The position numbers and the translations under genes were made by a program. From the NCBI GenBank assembly GCA_963790385.1, contig CAWBOG010000004.1, positions 11,945 to 75,944 on the forward strand: a stretch of DNA of 64,000 nt. The letters are read 5' to 3'. Below, in pieces: positions 51,720-60,944 of the stretch (position 1 is the first letter of the stretch; each line of letters begins with the position of its first letter). The stretch is from an uncultured Ignavibacteriaceae bacterium (GTDB lineage Bacteria; Bacteroidota; Ignavibacteria; Ignavibacteriales; Ignavibacteriaceae). Under the pieces are notes generated by a model, which did no database searches, was not told where the DNA came from, and saw only the letters and a program-made list of their open reading frames with translations.

Positions 51720-53525
51720 TTATTTAGTTGCTAACTTAACCTTAAATGTAATTTCCTCTTCACCTCGTTTTACTATTACATCAACTACATCGCCGGGCAC
51801 AAAATCACCAAGAGCGTAAGTAAAGTCATAAATGTTTGAAATTGTCTTTCCACCAAATGAAATGATTATATCTCCACCCTGTAAGCCCGCTTGTTGTGCA
51901 GGACTTCCTTCAGAAACTCCGCTTATTTTATAACCGTCAACATTGCTTGCAAAATCCGGAATTGTTCCAACATAAACTTTCCTGGTAAACATTTGTCCGG
52001 ATTCTTTTTTCTCTACTAACAAATAATCCGGTCTTTCAGAATTATTATCTATATCCGTTGCAACATTGTAAACATATTCAAGAATTTCTCTTTCACCATC
52101 GACATTAATTTTATCAACATCGTCAGACGGTTTGTGATAATCTTCGTGAGTTCCCGTAAAGAAAAATAAAACAGGAATTTTCTTACCATAAAAAGATGAA
52201 TGATCGCTTGGACCAAAACCTTCATCATTAAATGTTAATTTAAATCCATAGATGTTATCCTGATTAAGAAGTTCTTTCCAATTTGAGGAGGTACCGGTTC
52301 CATAAACGATCAAAGAGCTATCTTTTAATCTCCCGATCATATCCATATTTATCATTGTTATCGCATTTTCAACAGGGAAGGGTAGATGATTTACAAGATA
52401 ATCGGAGCCGAGCAAACCTAGTTCTTCACCAGAAAAAGTAAAGAAAGCGATATTTCTTTTTAACTGATTCTTTACCGAAGCAAACTTTTCAGCAAGTTCC
52501 AGGACTCCTGTTGTTCCTGATGCATTGTCATCAGCACCATTATGAATTTGAGGTTCCTTACCACGATATAGTGAACCTTCACCACCCATACCAAGATGAT
52601 CGAAATGGGCGCCAATTATCAGCCACTCATTTTTTAATGATGGGTCATTTCCTTCAAGGAATCCACCGACGTTCCAGCTTGTGGCTTCAACTTCTTTTAC
52701 TTCAGTTGAAATTTTTGCAGAAACATTTTTTAATTCAAATGAAGATGGTTTTTTAGTTTCAAGAATATCATCGTAGATATCTTTAAGATTTATTCCTTCA
52801 TCTTTAAGAATTGATTCAATAAAATTTCTTTTTATACTTACAACTGAGAAACCGGTGACTGAACCTCCTCTGTCAAAATTAAATTCAACGAGATCATCTG
52901 AAATTTTATTTTCATCATAAGGATTTATGAAGATGATAGCGGCTGCTCCTTTATCTCTGGCGACAGATGCTTTTTTCCTTAAAGGAGAATATTTGTCAAA
53001 TTCAGAATGAGGAACATTTGGCTCAGGAGTATTTCTGAAAACAATGACGATTTTGTCCCTGACATCTACACCTTCATAATCATCATAGTTTAGATCAGTG
53101 GCCGAAATCCCGAAACCTGTAAAGACAAGTTTTGCATCTATATTTGCGTTACCGGAGAAGGGAACGGTTACATATTCTTCCCAAAGTTTTGGAGTGATCT
53201 GATTTTCATTCTCTGTAAAAATCAAATTGTTATTATCTGTCAACTCGATGGATTTAATAAATGAAAATTCCTGAAAGTAATCGCCATCAAAAGCAGGTTT
53301 TAATCCATATTCTGCAAATTCATCAGCAATATATTCTGCTGCTTCAAATATCTCTTCACTTCCACTATCTCGGCCTTTTAATTCATCTGAAGCTAAGTAA
53401 TTAATATGTGATTTAATTTCCTGATCGGTGATTTCCGGATTCGAAATATTTTGTGCGTAAGATGAAATGGAAAATAGAAGAGTTAATAATGAAAAATTGA
53501 ATAGTGTGAATTTTAGACCAGTCAT
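51720..53525 (-). CDS. M28 family aminopeptidase with PA domain and C-terminal PDZ domain
   Basis: 601 aa with a signal peptide. M28 zinc-site blocks (GAHFDHLG, GADDNASG, SGEELGLLGS, NMDMIG, DYHKPSD). C-terminal PDZ-like GSPAQQAGLQGGDIIISFGG. Confidence 0.85.
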   Translation of the reverse strand: MTGLKFTLFNFSLLTLLFSISSYAQNISNPEITDQEIKSHINYLASDELKGRDSGSEEIFEAAEYIADEFAEYGLKPAFDGDYFQEFSFIKSIELTDNNNLIFTENENQITPKLWEEYVTVPFSGNANIDAKLVFTGFGISATDLNYDDYEGVDVRDKIVIVFRNTPEPNVPHSEFDKYSPLRKKASVARDKGAAAIIFINPYDENKISDDLVEFNFDRGGSVTGFSVVSIKRNFIESILKDEGINLKDIYDDILETKKPSSFELKNVSAKISTEVKEVEATSWNVGGFLEGNDPSLKNEWLIIGAHFDHLGMGGEGSLYRGKEPQIHNGADDNASGTTGVLELAEKFASVKNQLKRNIAFFTFSGEELGLLGSDYLVNHLPFPVENAITMINMDMIGRLKDSSLIVYGTGTSSNWKELLNQDNIYGFKLTFNDEGFGPSDHSSFYGKKIPVLFFFTGTHEDYHKPSDDVDKINVDGEREILEYVYNVATDIDNNSERPDYLLVEKKESGQMFTRKVYVGTIPDFASNVDGYKISGVSEGSPAQQAGLQGGDIIISFGGKTISNIYDFTYALGDFVPGDVVDVIVKRGEEEITFKVKLATK

Positions 53526-53614
53526 TTTTGTTTCTCCCTTTGAGTAATTATTTCTAAGATTCTAAATTCTGCTTTAAAATACTATGCGTAAAAATTTGCT
53601 ACTGATATTATAAT

Positions 53615-54664
53615 TTACTCGACCCAATCAGCAATGAAAACATTTGTGTCGCCTTCTTTTTTATTAAACCTGTTTGAACAAAAGACGAGTTGTTTGCCAT
53701 CTTTTGTAAACATTGGAAATCCATCAAAAGTTTCATTAAATGTTATTTGTTCAAAACCAGATCCATCAATATTTATCATATACAGATCAAAGTTTCTTCC
53801 ATTCTCACTATTAACATTTGATGAAAAAATTATTTTCTCTCCATCTGGAAAAAAGAATGGAGCGAAGCTTGCTTTTCCAAAATTTGTAATTTGTTTAATG
53901 TTTGAGCCATCCGAATCCATTGTATAAATTTCTAAAGTTGTTGGGCGAAACAATCCCTTGTCTGCAAGTTCTTCGTAGTCGGAAAGTTCTTCTTCAGTCT
54001 TTGGTCGGCTTGCACGGAACACTATTTTCATTCCGTCTTGTGAAAAGAAAGCGCCACCATCATATCCTTTTTGAAATGTTAGTCTTGTTTGATTGGAACC
54101 ATTAATATCCATCACATAAATTTCAGGGTCTCCATCCCGTGTCGATGTGAAAACAATTTTATCGCCTTTTGGAGAAACAGTAGCTTCAGCATCATAACCT
54201 TGTGAAAAAGTAAGTTGAGTTAAATCCGTTCCATCTGCATTAGCAGAAAAAATATCAAATGAATTATACAATTCCCAAACATAACCTTTGGAGCGATCAG
54301 GAGGAGGAGGGCAATCATCTCCTGCTATCTGAGTTGAAGCATAAATAATTTTTGTATCATCAGGTAAAAAATATGAACATGTAGTTCGACCCTTTCCCGT
54401 TGATACCATTTGCTTATCATTGCCGTCTAATTTCATTGTAAATATCTGATCGCATTGCAAATCACCAACGGTTGATTGATAAATTAATTTTGTCTCATCA
54501 AAAGAAAGATAAGCTTCTGCATTTTCACCTCCATCAGTGAGCATCCTGATATTTGTGAGATGATTTTCACCTTCAATTATAAAACTATCATCTTGTGCAA
54601 ATGATGAAATAGGTGACAAATTCAAAATTGAAATTAAAAACAGGGAATGCTTAAATCTTTTCAT
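53615..54664 (-). CDS. TolB-like PD40/WD40-like beta-propeller protein
   Basis: 349 aa with a signal peptide. Repeated ..SPDG.KI.F.S.R.G...IY.M..DGS...QLT.. PD40 units. Confidence 0.75.
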   Translation of the reverse strand: MKRFKHSLFLISILNLSPISSFAQDDSFIIEGENHLTNIRMLTDGGENAEAYLSFDETKLIYQSTVGDLQCDQIFTMKLDGNDKQMVSTGKGRTTCSYFLPDDTKIIYASTQIAGDDCPPPPDRSKGYVWELYNSFDIFSANADGTDLTQLTFSQGYDAEATVSPKGDKIVFTSTRDGDPEIYVMDINGSNQTRLTFQKGYDGGAFFSQDGMKIVFRASRPKTEEELSDYEELADKGLFRPTTLEIYTMDSDGSNIKQITNFGKASFAPFFFPDGEKIIFSSNVNSENGRNFDLYMINIDGSGFEQITFNETFDGFPMFTKDGKQLVFCSNRFNKKEGDTNVFIADWVE

Positions 54665-54677
54665 ATTAATCCTGAAA

Positions 54678-55387
54678 TTATTCGGGAACGTGGACTAAGA
54701 AATATTTTTTTGCTGATTTACCAATTGCTACAGCTTCTTTCATTGTCATGTGCATATCATCGGGAGTTTCTTCATCATGTCCGGCTTCCAGAATAGCCAG
54801 ATCAGCATTACGCGCATGACTTACAATTGCTTCACAATAAGCTGTATCTCCTCCGTAACAAATAGTCTTACTATCAAAAACAAAGTTATATCCCAGCGCT
54901 GGTACCTGACGGGTTTTACCGGAGGCTAAATTTTCTTTATGTACCACTGGAAACGGTTTTACAGTTATGTTGCTTGAAGAAAAACCACTTGTTTTTTTGA
55001 TTGCTTTCAAATTAATCTTGTATGTAATACTTTTTGATACACTTTTTTAAAAGCATTATAAATACTTTCGATCTCAACACAACCTTCCGGGTAGTGGATT
55101 GTAAGTGGAGATGTTTTTTGCATTACCCGGAGATAGGTAAGAAGTGACCACACACCACCAACATGATCGTGATGACCATGAGTTATAAATACATCTGAAA
55201 TATTCAGAAGATTTTTTACTCCAATCTCTTTGTTCAAATCTCGTAGTATTCCGTCACCAGGATCAATTATGAAATGGGAATTTCCTGCTTTTAATAAAAT
55301 TCCGGTGGCAATGTTAGGGATTGAACAGAAAATTTTTATTGAAAAATTTTTTTTCTTCCAATGTAAGGGGTATTTTCGGTTTGTCAT
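54678..55387 (-). pseudogene. MBL-fold metallo-hydrolase, one frame break at ~55010
   Basis: ORF 55007..55387 carries ITHGHHDHVGG and ORF 54678..55010 carries the C-terminal half (..GDTAYCE..EAGHDEE..). Adding one T to the run at 55009..55011 (minus-strand TTT) restores ..TRLILKAIKK... Confidence 0.7.
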
Positions 55388-55839
55388 TATCCTCCGGATT
55401 GTTTACATTTTTTAGGGTCTTTGCATCGCCCAAAAATATTAAATGAGTAACTTTCAAAATTAAATCCCAATTCTTCACTTATTTGTTGTGGAAGTTGCTT
55501 GATCTTTGCATCAGCGAACTCAACTATCTTTCCGCAATCAACACAAATAAGATGATCGTGCCCCTGTCTTTTAAAACTGCTTTCAAAACGGTTTGTATTA
55601 TCTCCAAAATTTCTTTTTGAAAGTAGCTCACATTGTGCAAGCAACTCCAACGTTTTATAAACTGTTGCTCTGGATACTCTCGAATTTGAATTTTTCATTA
55701 GTACGTAAAGATCATCCGCATTGAAATGACCATCGTATTCAAGAGCTGCTTCAAGTACTTCAAATCTCTCAGGCGTAATTCTGTTCTTACCTGATTTAAG
55801 AAAATTTCTGAATATTTCTTCGGCTTGTTTGTTTTTCAA
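55387..55839 (-). CDS. fur: Fur family transcriptional repressor
   Basis: 150 aa with winged-helix N-terminus (RITPERFEVLEA...SRATVYKTLELL), HDHLIC.DCGK..EF and a C-terminal Cys pair. Adjacent to feoAB. Confidence 0.85.
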   Translation of the reverse strand: MKNKQAEEIFRNFLKSGKNRITPERFEVLEAALEYDGHFNADDLYVLMKNSNSRVSRATVYKTLELLAQCELLSKRNFGDNTNRFESSFKRQGHDHLICVDCGKIVEFADAKIKQLPQQISEELGFNFESYSFNIFGRCKDPKKCKQSGG

Positions 55840-55923
55840 TTATAGTCGATTCTGTTAATCTTAATATTCATATTATATAATCTATTCGGCAAAATAACGA
55901 TTTTTATCAAGTAAATAAACGTT

Positions 55924-57960
55924 TCATTGAATTCCTAGAAGTCTAAGTCCGTTGACGGTTACGAACGTAAGGACATAAGCCAGTGTTGTAAATATTACGA
56001 CCTGTAGGATAGGAATTTTCCACCCGCCAGTTTCTTTTTTTGAAACTGCAACTGTTGAAAGACATTGCAGCGCAAACATAAAAAAAACTATGAGTCCAAT
56101 GGATGTTGCAACCGTAAAAAGTTTGGCGCCAGTTGATTCAACTTTTGCACTTCTGAGTGAATTAAGCAAAGTGTTTTGATCATCACTATTTTCAGTAGTG
56201 ACTTTAAATGTAAGAGCTAATGAAGACACAAAAACTTCTCTTGCTGCAAATGCTGATATTAAAGAGACACCAATTCTCCAATCCATTCCAATTGGAGTCA
56301 TAAATGGCTGAATAATTTTTCCCAAATCAGAAGCATAAGAATGTTCAAGTCTTTCCGCGCGTTCAAGATTTTGAGTTTGTTCAGTAGTCAACCCGGTTTT
56401 CTCAACTTCCGGATTGATATTCGGAAAAAATGTTAAGAACCACAGAATAAGTGAAAATCCTAGAATAATTGGACCTGCTCTTAAAATATATTGTTTAGAA
56501 TTATTGTAAGTGTTGGTTATTACTGAACTTAATTTTGGGATTCGATAAGATGGCAATTCCAGAATAAAAGAGGACGTCTCATCTGCATTAAACAATTTTT
56601 TTGTGAATTTATTCATCACAGCTGCAACTATAATTGAACTGATCATACTGAAGAGATAAATTCCGCCCAATAATATTCCTCCCATCCATGCGTTTTCCTG
56701 TGGGATCAGATACGCAATTAGCAATGCATAAACAGGTAGTCTTGCACTGCAACTCATCAATGGAATTATGAAAATAGTAAATAATCTTTCTCTTCGATTT
56801 GGGATTGTTCGTGCGGCAATTATTGCAGGAATTGCGCATGCAAATCCTGAGAGCATTGGTACAAATGATCTTCCATTTAAACCTATTTTTGATAAAGGTT
56901 TATCAATCAACATTGCTCCACGAGCGAGGTAACCTGAATCTTCAAGCAAACCCAGAATGAGAAATAAAATGAGAATCTGAGGAACAAATACTAACACTGA
57001 ACCAGTGCCTGAAATAATTCCGTCCGAAACTAAAAAAGTGAACCAGCCCGAATCAAAATTTTCTACCACAAGCGAATTTAGATTCGTGAATAAACCATCC
57101 ACTAAATTCATCAGTGGCTGAGCAAGCCAGAAAATGCTTGTGAAGGTGATTCCCATAACAATAAGAAAAATCAGAAATCCCCAAATCCGATGAAGTAAAA
57201 CACTATCAATTTTAAGAGTAATTTCATCAGGAGAAAATCCATTATTATTTATATCTGCATCAAGAATTTTTAGTTCGTTATTAGCTGAAGTTAAATTAAT
57301 TTTTTCATTGCTGGCTAAAGATTCATAAACATCCTTGACAATGTCTTCTATTTTTTGAAAGCTATCCACTAAATCGTTTTTAGTATGCAGATAAGTATAT
57401 GGGATAATATTTTTTTGCTCTGTTCCATTATACTTAGATAGATTGGAGTTAATTGCATCTATTAATTTATCAATGCCTTGTTTTGTTCTTCCATTTATAA
57501 TAACGACATCACAGTTGAGTGCCTTACTTAATTTTTTTTCAGAAACCTTTAATCCACGCTTGGCAAGAATATCGTTCATCGTAACAACAAGTATGATATT
57601 AAATCCGGAATTAATTAATTGTTTTGGAAGCAACAAATGTCTAGATAGTTGACAGGAATCGACTGTACTAATAAGTAAATCTGGTGTACCTAATTTCGGA
57701 TGGGAGTACAATGATTCAACCGATATTTTTTCATCAATTGATTCGGGTAGTAAACTAACTATTCCAGGTGAATCTAAAAGTTCAGCATTGAGATTATATT
57801 TGGAAAGGAAACGGCTGGTATAATACTCTACCGTTGAGCCAGGGTAGTTGGAAGTCTTGTAATTTTTTCCACTTAATATATTAAATAAGGTAGTTTTTCC
57901 TGAGTTAGGAGGTCCGACCAAAGTTATGAGTGGGGTCTTGAGAGTTGTTTCACTTCTCAT
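55924..57960 (-). CDS. feoB: ferrous iron transporter FeoB
   Basis: 678 aa with N-terminal G-domain GPPNSGKTTLFN, DSPG, TMND, followed by a polytopic membrane domain. ATGA overlap with feoA. Confidence 0.9.
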   Translation of the reverse strand: MRSETTLKTPLITLVGPPNSGKTTLFNILSGKNYKTSNYPGSTVEYYTSRFLSKYNLNAELLDSPGIVSLLPESIDEKISVESLYSHPKLGTPDLLISTVDSCQLSRHLLLPKQLINSGFNIILVVTMNDILAKRGLKVSEKKLSKALNCDVVIINGRTKQGIDKLIDAINSNLSKYNGTEQKNIIPYTYLHTKNDLVDSFQKIEDIVKDVYESLASNEKINLTSANNELKILDADINNNGFSPDEITLKIDSVLLHRIWGFLIFLIVMGITFTSIFWLAQPLMNLVDGLFTNLNSLVVENFDSGWFTFLVSDGIISGTGSVLVFVPQILILFLILGLLEDSGYLARGAMLIDKPLSKIGLNGRSFVPMLSGFACAIPAIIAARTIPNRRERLFTIFIIPLMSCSARLPVYALLIAYLIPQENAWMGGILLGGIYLFSMISSIIVAAVMNKFTKKLFNADETSSFILELPSYRIPKLSSVITNTYNNSKQYILRAGPIILGFSLILWFLTFFPNINPEVEKTGLTTEQTQNLERAERLEHSYASDLGKIIQPFMTPIGMDWRIGVSLISAFAAREVFVSSLALTFKVTTENSDDQNTLLNSLRSAKVESTGAKLFTVATSIGLIVFFMFALQCLSTVAVSKKETGGWKIPILQVVIFTTLAYVLTFVTVNGLRLLGIQ

Positions 57961-58178
57961 TTCAACTTAATACAATCGGCTTCACTTTTTCTTAAAGCTA
58001 TAAGAGTTCCTCTAATTGACACTGCAATTGGATCATTAAAAAGTGATTGGTTTACTAATTCTATGATCTGACCAGGGGTAAATCCGTGTTCTATAATTCT
58101 TTTGCTAGAAGGATGTGAAACATCAATTTCCGAGATAATTCCGCATTCTTTAAGCTTTAATTCTGCAGCAGTTCTCAT
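57957..58178 (-). CDS. feoA: FeoA family iron transport protein
   Basis: 73-aa SH3-like FeoA pattern (..I.EI....S...R..E.GF.PG..IE......F.DPIAV.IRG..IALRK.EA..I.L). Confidence 0.85.
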   Translation of the reverse strand: MRTAAELKLKECGIISEIDVSHPSSKRIIEHGFTPGQIIELVNQSLFNDPIAVSIRGTLIALRKSEADCIKLK

Positions 58179-58231
58179 TCTTTTTCACTTTACAAATTAT
58201 TAAGATTTAATCTACATAAAAATAGTAACTG

Positions 58232-58247
58232 TTGACTTGAATGTCAA
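58232..58247. promoter_or_regulatory. TTGAC-n6-GTCAA palindrome in the feoA promoter region (candidate operator)
   Basis: ttgacttgaatgtcaa lies 54-69 bp upstream of the feoA start, flanked by AT-rich aatagtaac / taattac. Assigning it to Fur is inference only. Confidence 0.25.
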
Positions 58248-58381
58248 TAATTACATTGAGTTGAAGTAACATTTCCCCAGGAATAATATCTGTTTAGCTT
58301 CTATTCTAGATTAAAACTTTAGTTATCGGCATAAAAATTGAACTTTTCGCAATCTAATTTCATAACAAGAAAAGTGACAAA

Positions 58382-60025
58382 TTGAACGAGATCGAAACAA
58401 AAGCCACAGAAAATCACATCAAAACAGTTTCCGCAAATTTTCCAGCGATAAATTCTGATCAAGTATTTTATGATTACGATTGTCAAACCCAAAATTATAA
58501 GTTCATTACTCCAGGCGTAAGCAAATTGTTGGGTTATAACATTACGGAACTAAATGAGTTAAAATTTGAAAAATTAATTATTAGCCATTACGACGAGTAT
58601 AAAACTAAATATCCTCTTAATGGAAAATCTGATGGACCTCAAATCGAAGAAAAGTTAACTGTCTATCAAATTGAAACTAAAAATGGCGAACGTAAATGGA
58701 TCGAGGATAATTCGATTACACTTTATGATACGAATAATCTAAAAACCACTCGAATGGGTTTGTTTTGTGATGTCGGTGAAATGTTGCGCGAGGAAAAATT
58801 AAAACAGATAATTTTAGAGATCCTTGAAGCAGCCAATTCTGAGAAAAATTTAAGTGAGTTATTCAAGTTCATCCACACCTGTATAAAAAAATTAATGAAG
58901 GCAGATAATTTCTATATCGCTTATTACAAGCGTGACTCTGATCTTCTCACATTCCCATATTTTGTAGATGAAATTGATAATGATTCATCATCAAAAAAAC
59001 TTGGTAAAGGACTTACTGAATTTGTACTGAGAACAGGTAAATCTGCATTAGTAGATTTACTTAAAGACGAAGAGCTTAGAAAAAAAGGTGAAATAGAATT
59101 AATTGGGCCGCAGTCACCAATCTGGCTTGGAGTTCCTCTAAAAATAAAAGAAAAAACAATTGGTGTTTTGGTTGTTCAGGATTATAATGATCCCAGCACA
59201 TATACACCTGCTCATCAACAAATTCTGGATGTAATATCTTATCCTATCTCAAGAGCTATCGAAAGAAAAATTGTTGAAGAAGAACGAAAAGAGATGATTG
59301 TCAAACTGAAAGAAATGAATACGTCAAAAGATAGATTGTTTTCATTAATTTCACACGACCTTAGATCACCCTTTAATTCATTACTCGGTTTTGCTGAAAT
59401 TCTTAGAACAGATTTTGAGAATTTAACACACAGAGACATAAAAGAATATATCAATGTTATAAATGATTCCTCGAATACACTCTATGAGATGACAAACAAC
59501 CTTCTTCATTATTCCAAGCTACAGTTGAATAAATATGATTACATCCCCAAAAAATTGCTGGTCAATGAAATCATAAACGAAGCAATAGATTCACTAAAGT
59601 ACAGAATTAATAAAAAAAATATTTCTGTCAGGGTGGATTTAAAACAAAATTATTACATCGTAGCTGACGATGAGATGCTTGTTACTATTTTTAGAAATAT
59701 TATTTCGAATGCATTAAAATTTTCAGAACCACAAAGCACTATAAATATTCTTGCTGAAGAGTCAATTGACAATAGTACAAATGCTCCTGCAATCCAAATA
59801 AGTGTAACCGATGAAGGTATCGGAATCCCGGAAGAGAATCAGGTTCAGATTAAATCTGAAGTCATGTTTTCAACTCAGGGAACCGAGAGGGAACCGGGTT
59901 CCGGATTAGGATTATTACTCACAAAAAAATATGTTGATCTTAACAAAGGTAAGTTTGAAGTTATGAGTTTTACCGGGCAGGGGACTACTGTTGTTATCAC
60001 TTTTCCAGGATTGAAATTGACGTAG
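58382..60025 (+). CDS. PAS-GAF sensor histidine kinase (cytoplasmic)
   Basis: 547 aa with PAS-like N-terminus and a GAF-like middle. H-box LISHDLRSPFNS, N-box NIISNALKFS, G-boxes TDEGIGI and GSGLGLLLTK. The TTG start in the track makes the exact start uncertain. Confidence 0.8.
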   Translation: MNEIETKATENHIKTVSANFPAINSDQVFYDYDCQTQNYKFITPGVSKLLGYNITELNELKFEKLIISHYDEYKTKYPLNGKSDGPQIEEKLTVYQIETKNGERKWIEDNSITLYDTNNLKTTRMGLFCDVGEMLREEKLKQIILEILEAANSEKNLSELFKFIHTCIKKLMKADNFYIAYYKRDSDLLTFPYFVDEIDNDSSSKKLGKGLTEFVLRTGKSALVDLLKDEELRKKGEIELIGPQSPIWLGVPLKIKEKTIGVLVVQDYNDPSTYTPAHQQILDVISYPISRAIERKIVEEERKEMIVKLKEMNTSKDRLFSLISHDLRSPFNSLLGFAEILRTDFENLTHRDIKEYINVINDSSNTLYEMTNNLLHYSKLQLNKYDYIPKKLLVNEIINEAIDSLKYRINKKNISVRVDLKQNYYIVADDEMLVTIFRNIISNALKFSEPQSTINILAEESIDNSTNAPAIQISVTDEGIGIPEENQVQIKSEVMFSTQGTEREPGSGLGLLLTKKYVDLNKGKFEVMSFTGQGTTVVITFPGLKLT

Positions 60026-60405
60026 TATTGTGTCTTGAATATAAATCACTAACGAAATTTATCTGGATTTATTTATTACGATTACGGTAAATATTACCAA
60101 TATTTCCCTAATTTATATGTAAAAGATTTACCCGAGAATTTTTACTTTTTAATTTCAGCAAGCCTAATATCGTCAAAAATATTATGCAGCCGAGCCTCAT
60201 TCTTCCTTAATAAAATATCTTCCTTTCCTAAATCTCATTTTTCAAATCTTTTTTTCATATTTGACTTAGAATAATTCGCTGAACTTAACCGGCTACCTCT
60301 TAAAAATTGTTAAGGCTTAAGCCTGGAAATTGGCGACAAAAGTGGCATTGAATATGTTAAATAAGGGCGGTTGAGTTCATTTATTAATCATTTTGGAGTT
60401 CTATA

Positions 60406-60939
60406 ATGGAAATTGCAAAGATTGCATTCTTGGAAACATATACTTCAGAAGAGAGTGGTGGAATAATTGGGGCTATTCTCGTAACTGATGCAGAAACTAA
60501 ACCACTTGAGTTTAGAGTAACTTCTCCGATCAAACCAACAGGATTTCAAAAAACACTTTACGGAGATGTACTTCTTGAACATATTTTAGTTGAATTAATA
60601 TCAGTTCCATTGTTGAGTGCAATTAATGAGCATATTGATTTAATTATTGTAAAAGATCCTTTCTTTCTTGGGGCTAATAATAAACAGGGAATAAGAGTAG
60701 TAAGAGTTTTTAATGAAGCTGATGGAAAATCCCGTGCAAGTACAAAAGCCGAAGCGATTGCATTCCCGACAGCAGGTGGTGGAAAAATGATGATTGAAAC
60801 TTCCAAAAAATTCGAGACTGAATTGGCACCGATTAAAGATCAACTAAACAAATTAGCTGAACATAGGAATCTGCTTGAACCTTTCGAAAGACTGAAACTC
60901 GCATGCGAGCAGGTACAACAACAAAAGTCAATTGACTAA
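60406..60939 (+). CDS. 177-aa hypothetical protein, partner of the SNF2-like/Mrr-like gene
   Basis: ATG with GGAG 8 nt upstream. No TM or signal peptide and no family I can name. C-terminal predicted helix (ELAPIKDQLNKLAEHRNLLEPFERLKLACEQVQQQ). Its stop lies 5 nt before the next start. Confidence 0.6.
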   Translation: MEIAKIAFLETYTSEESGGIIGAILVTDAETKPLEFRVTSPIKPTGFQKTLYGDVLLEHILVELISVPLLSAINEHIDLIIVKDPFFLGANNKQGIRVVRVFNEADGKSRASTKAEAIAFPTAGGGKMMIETSKKFETELAPIKDQLNKLAEHRNLLEPFERLKLACEQVQQQKSID

Positions 60940-60944
60940 ATTAA

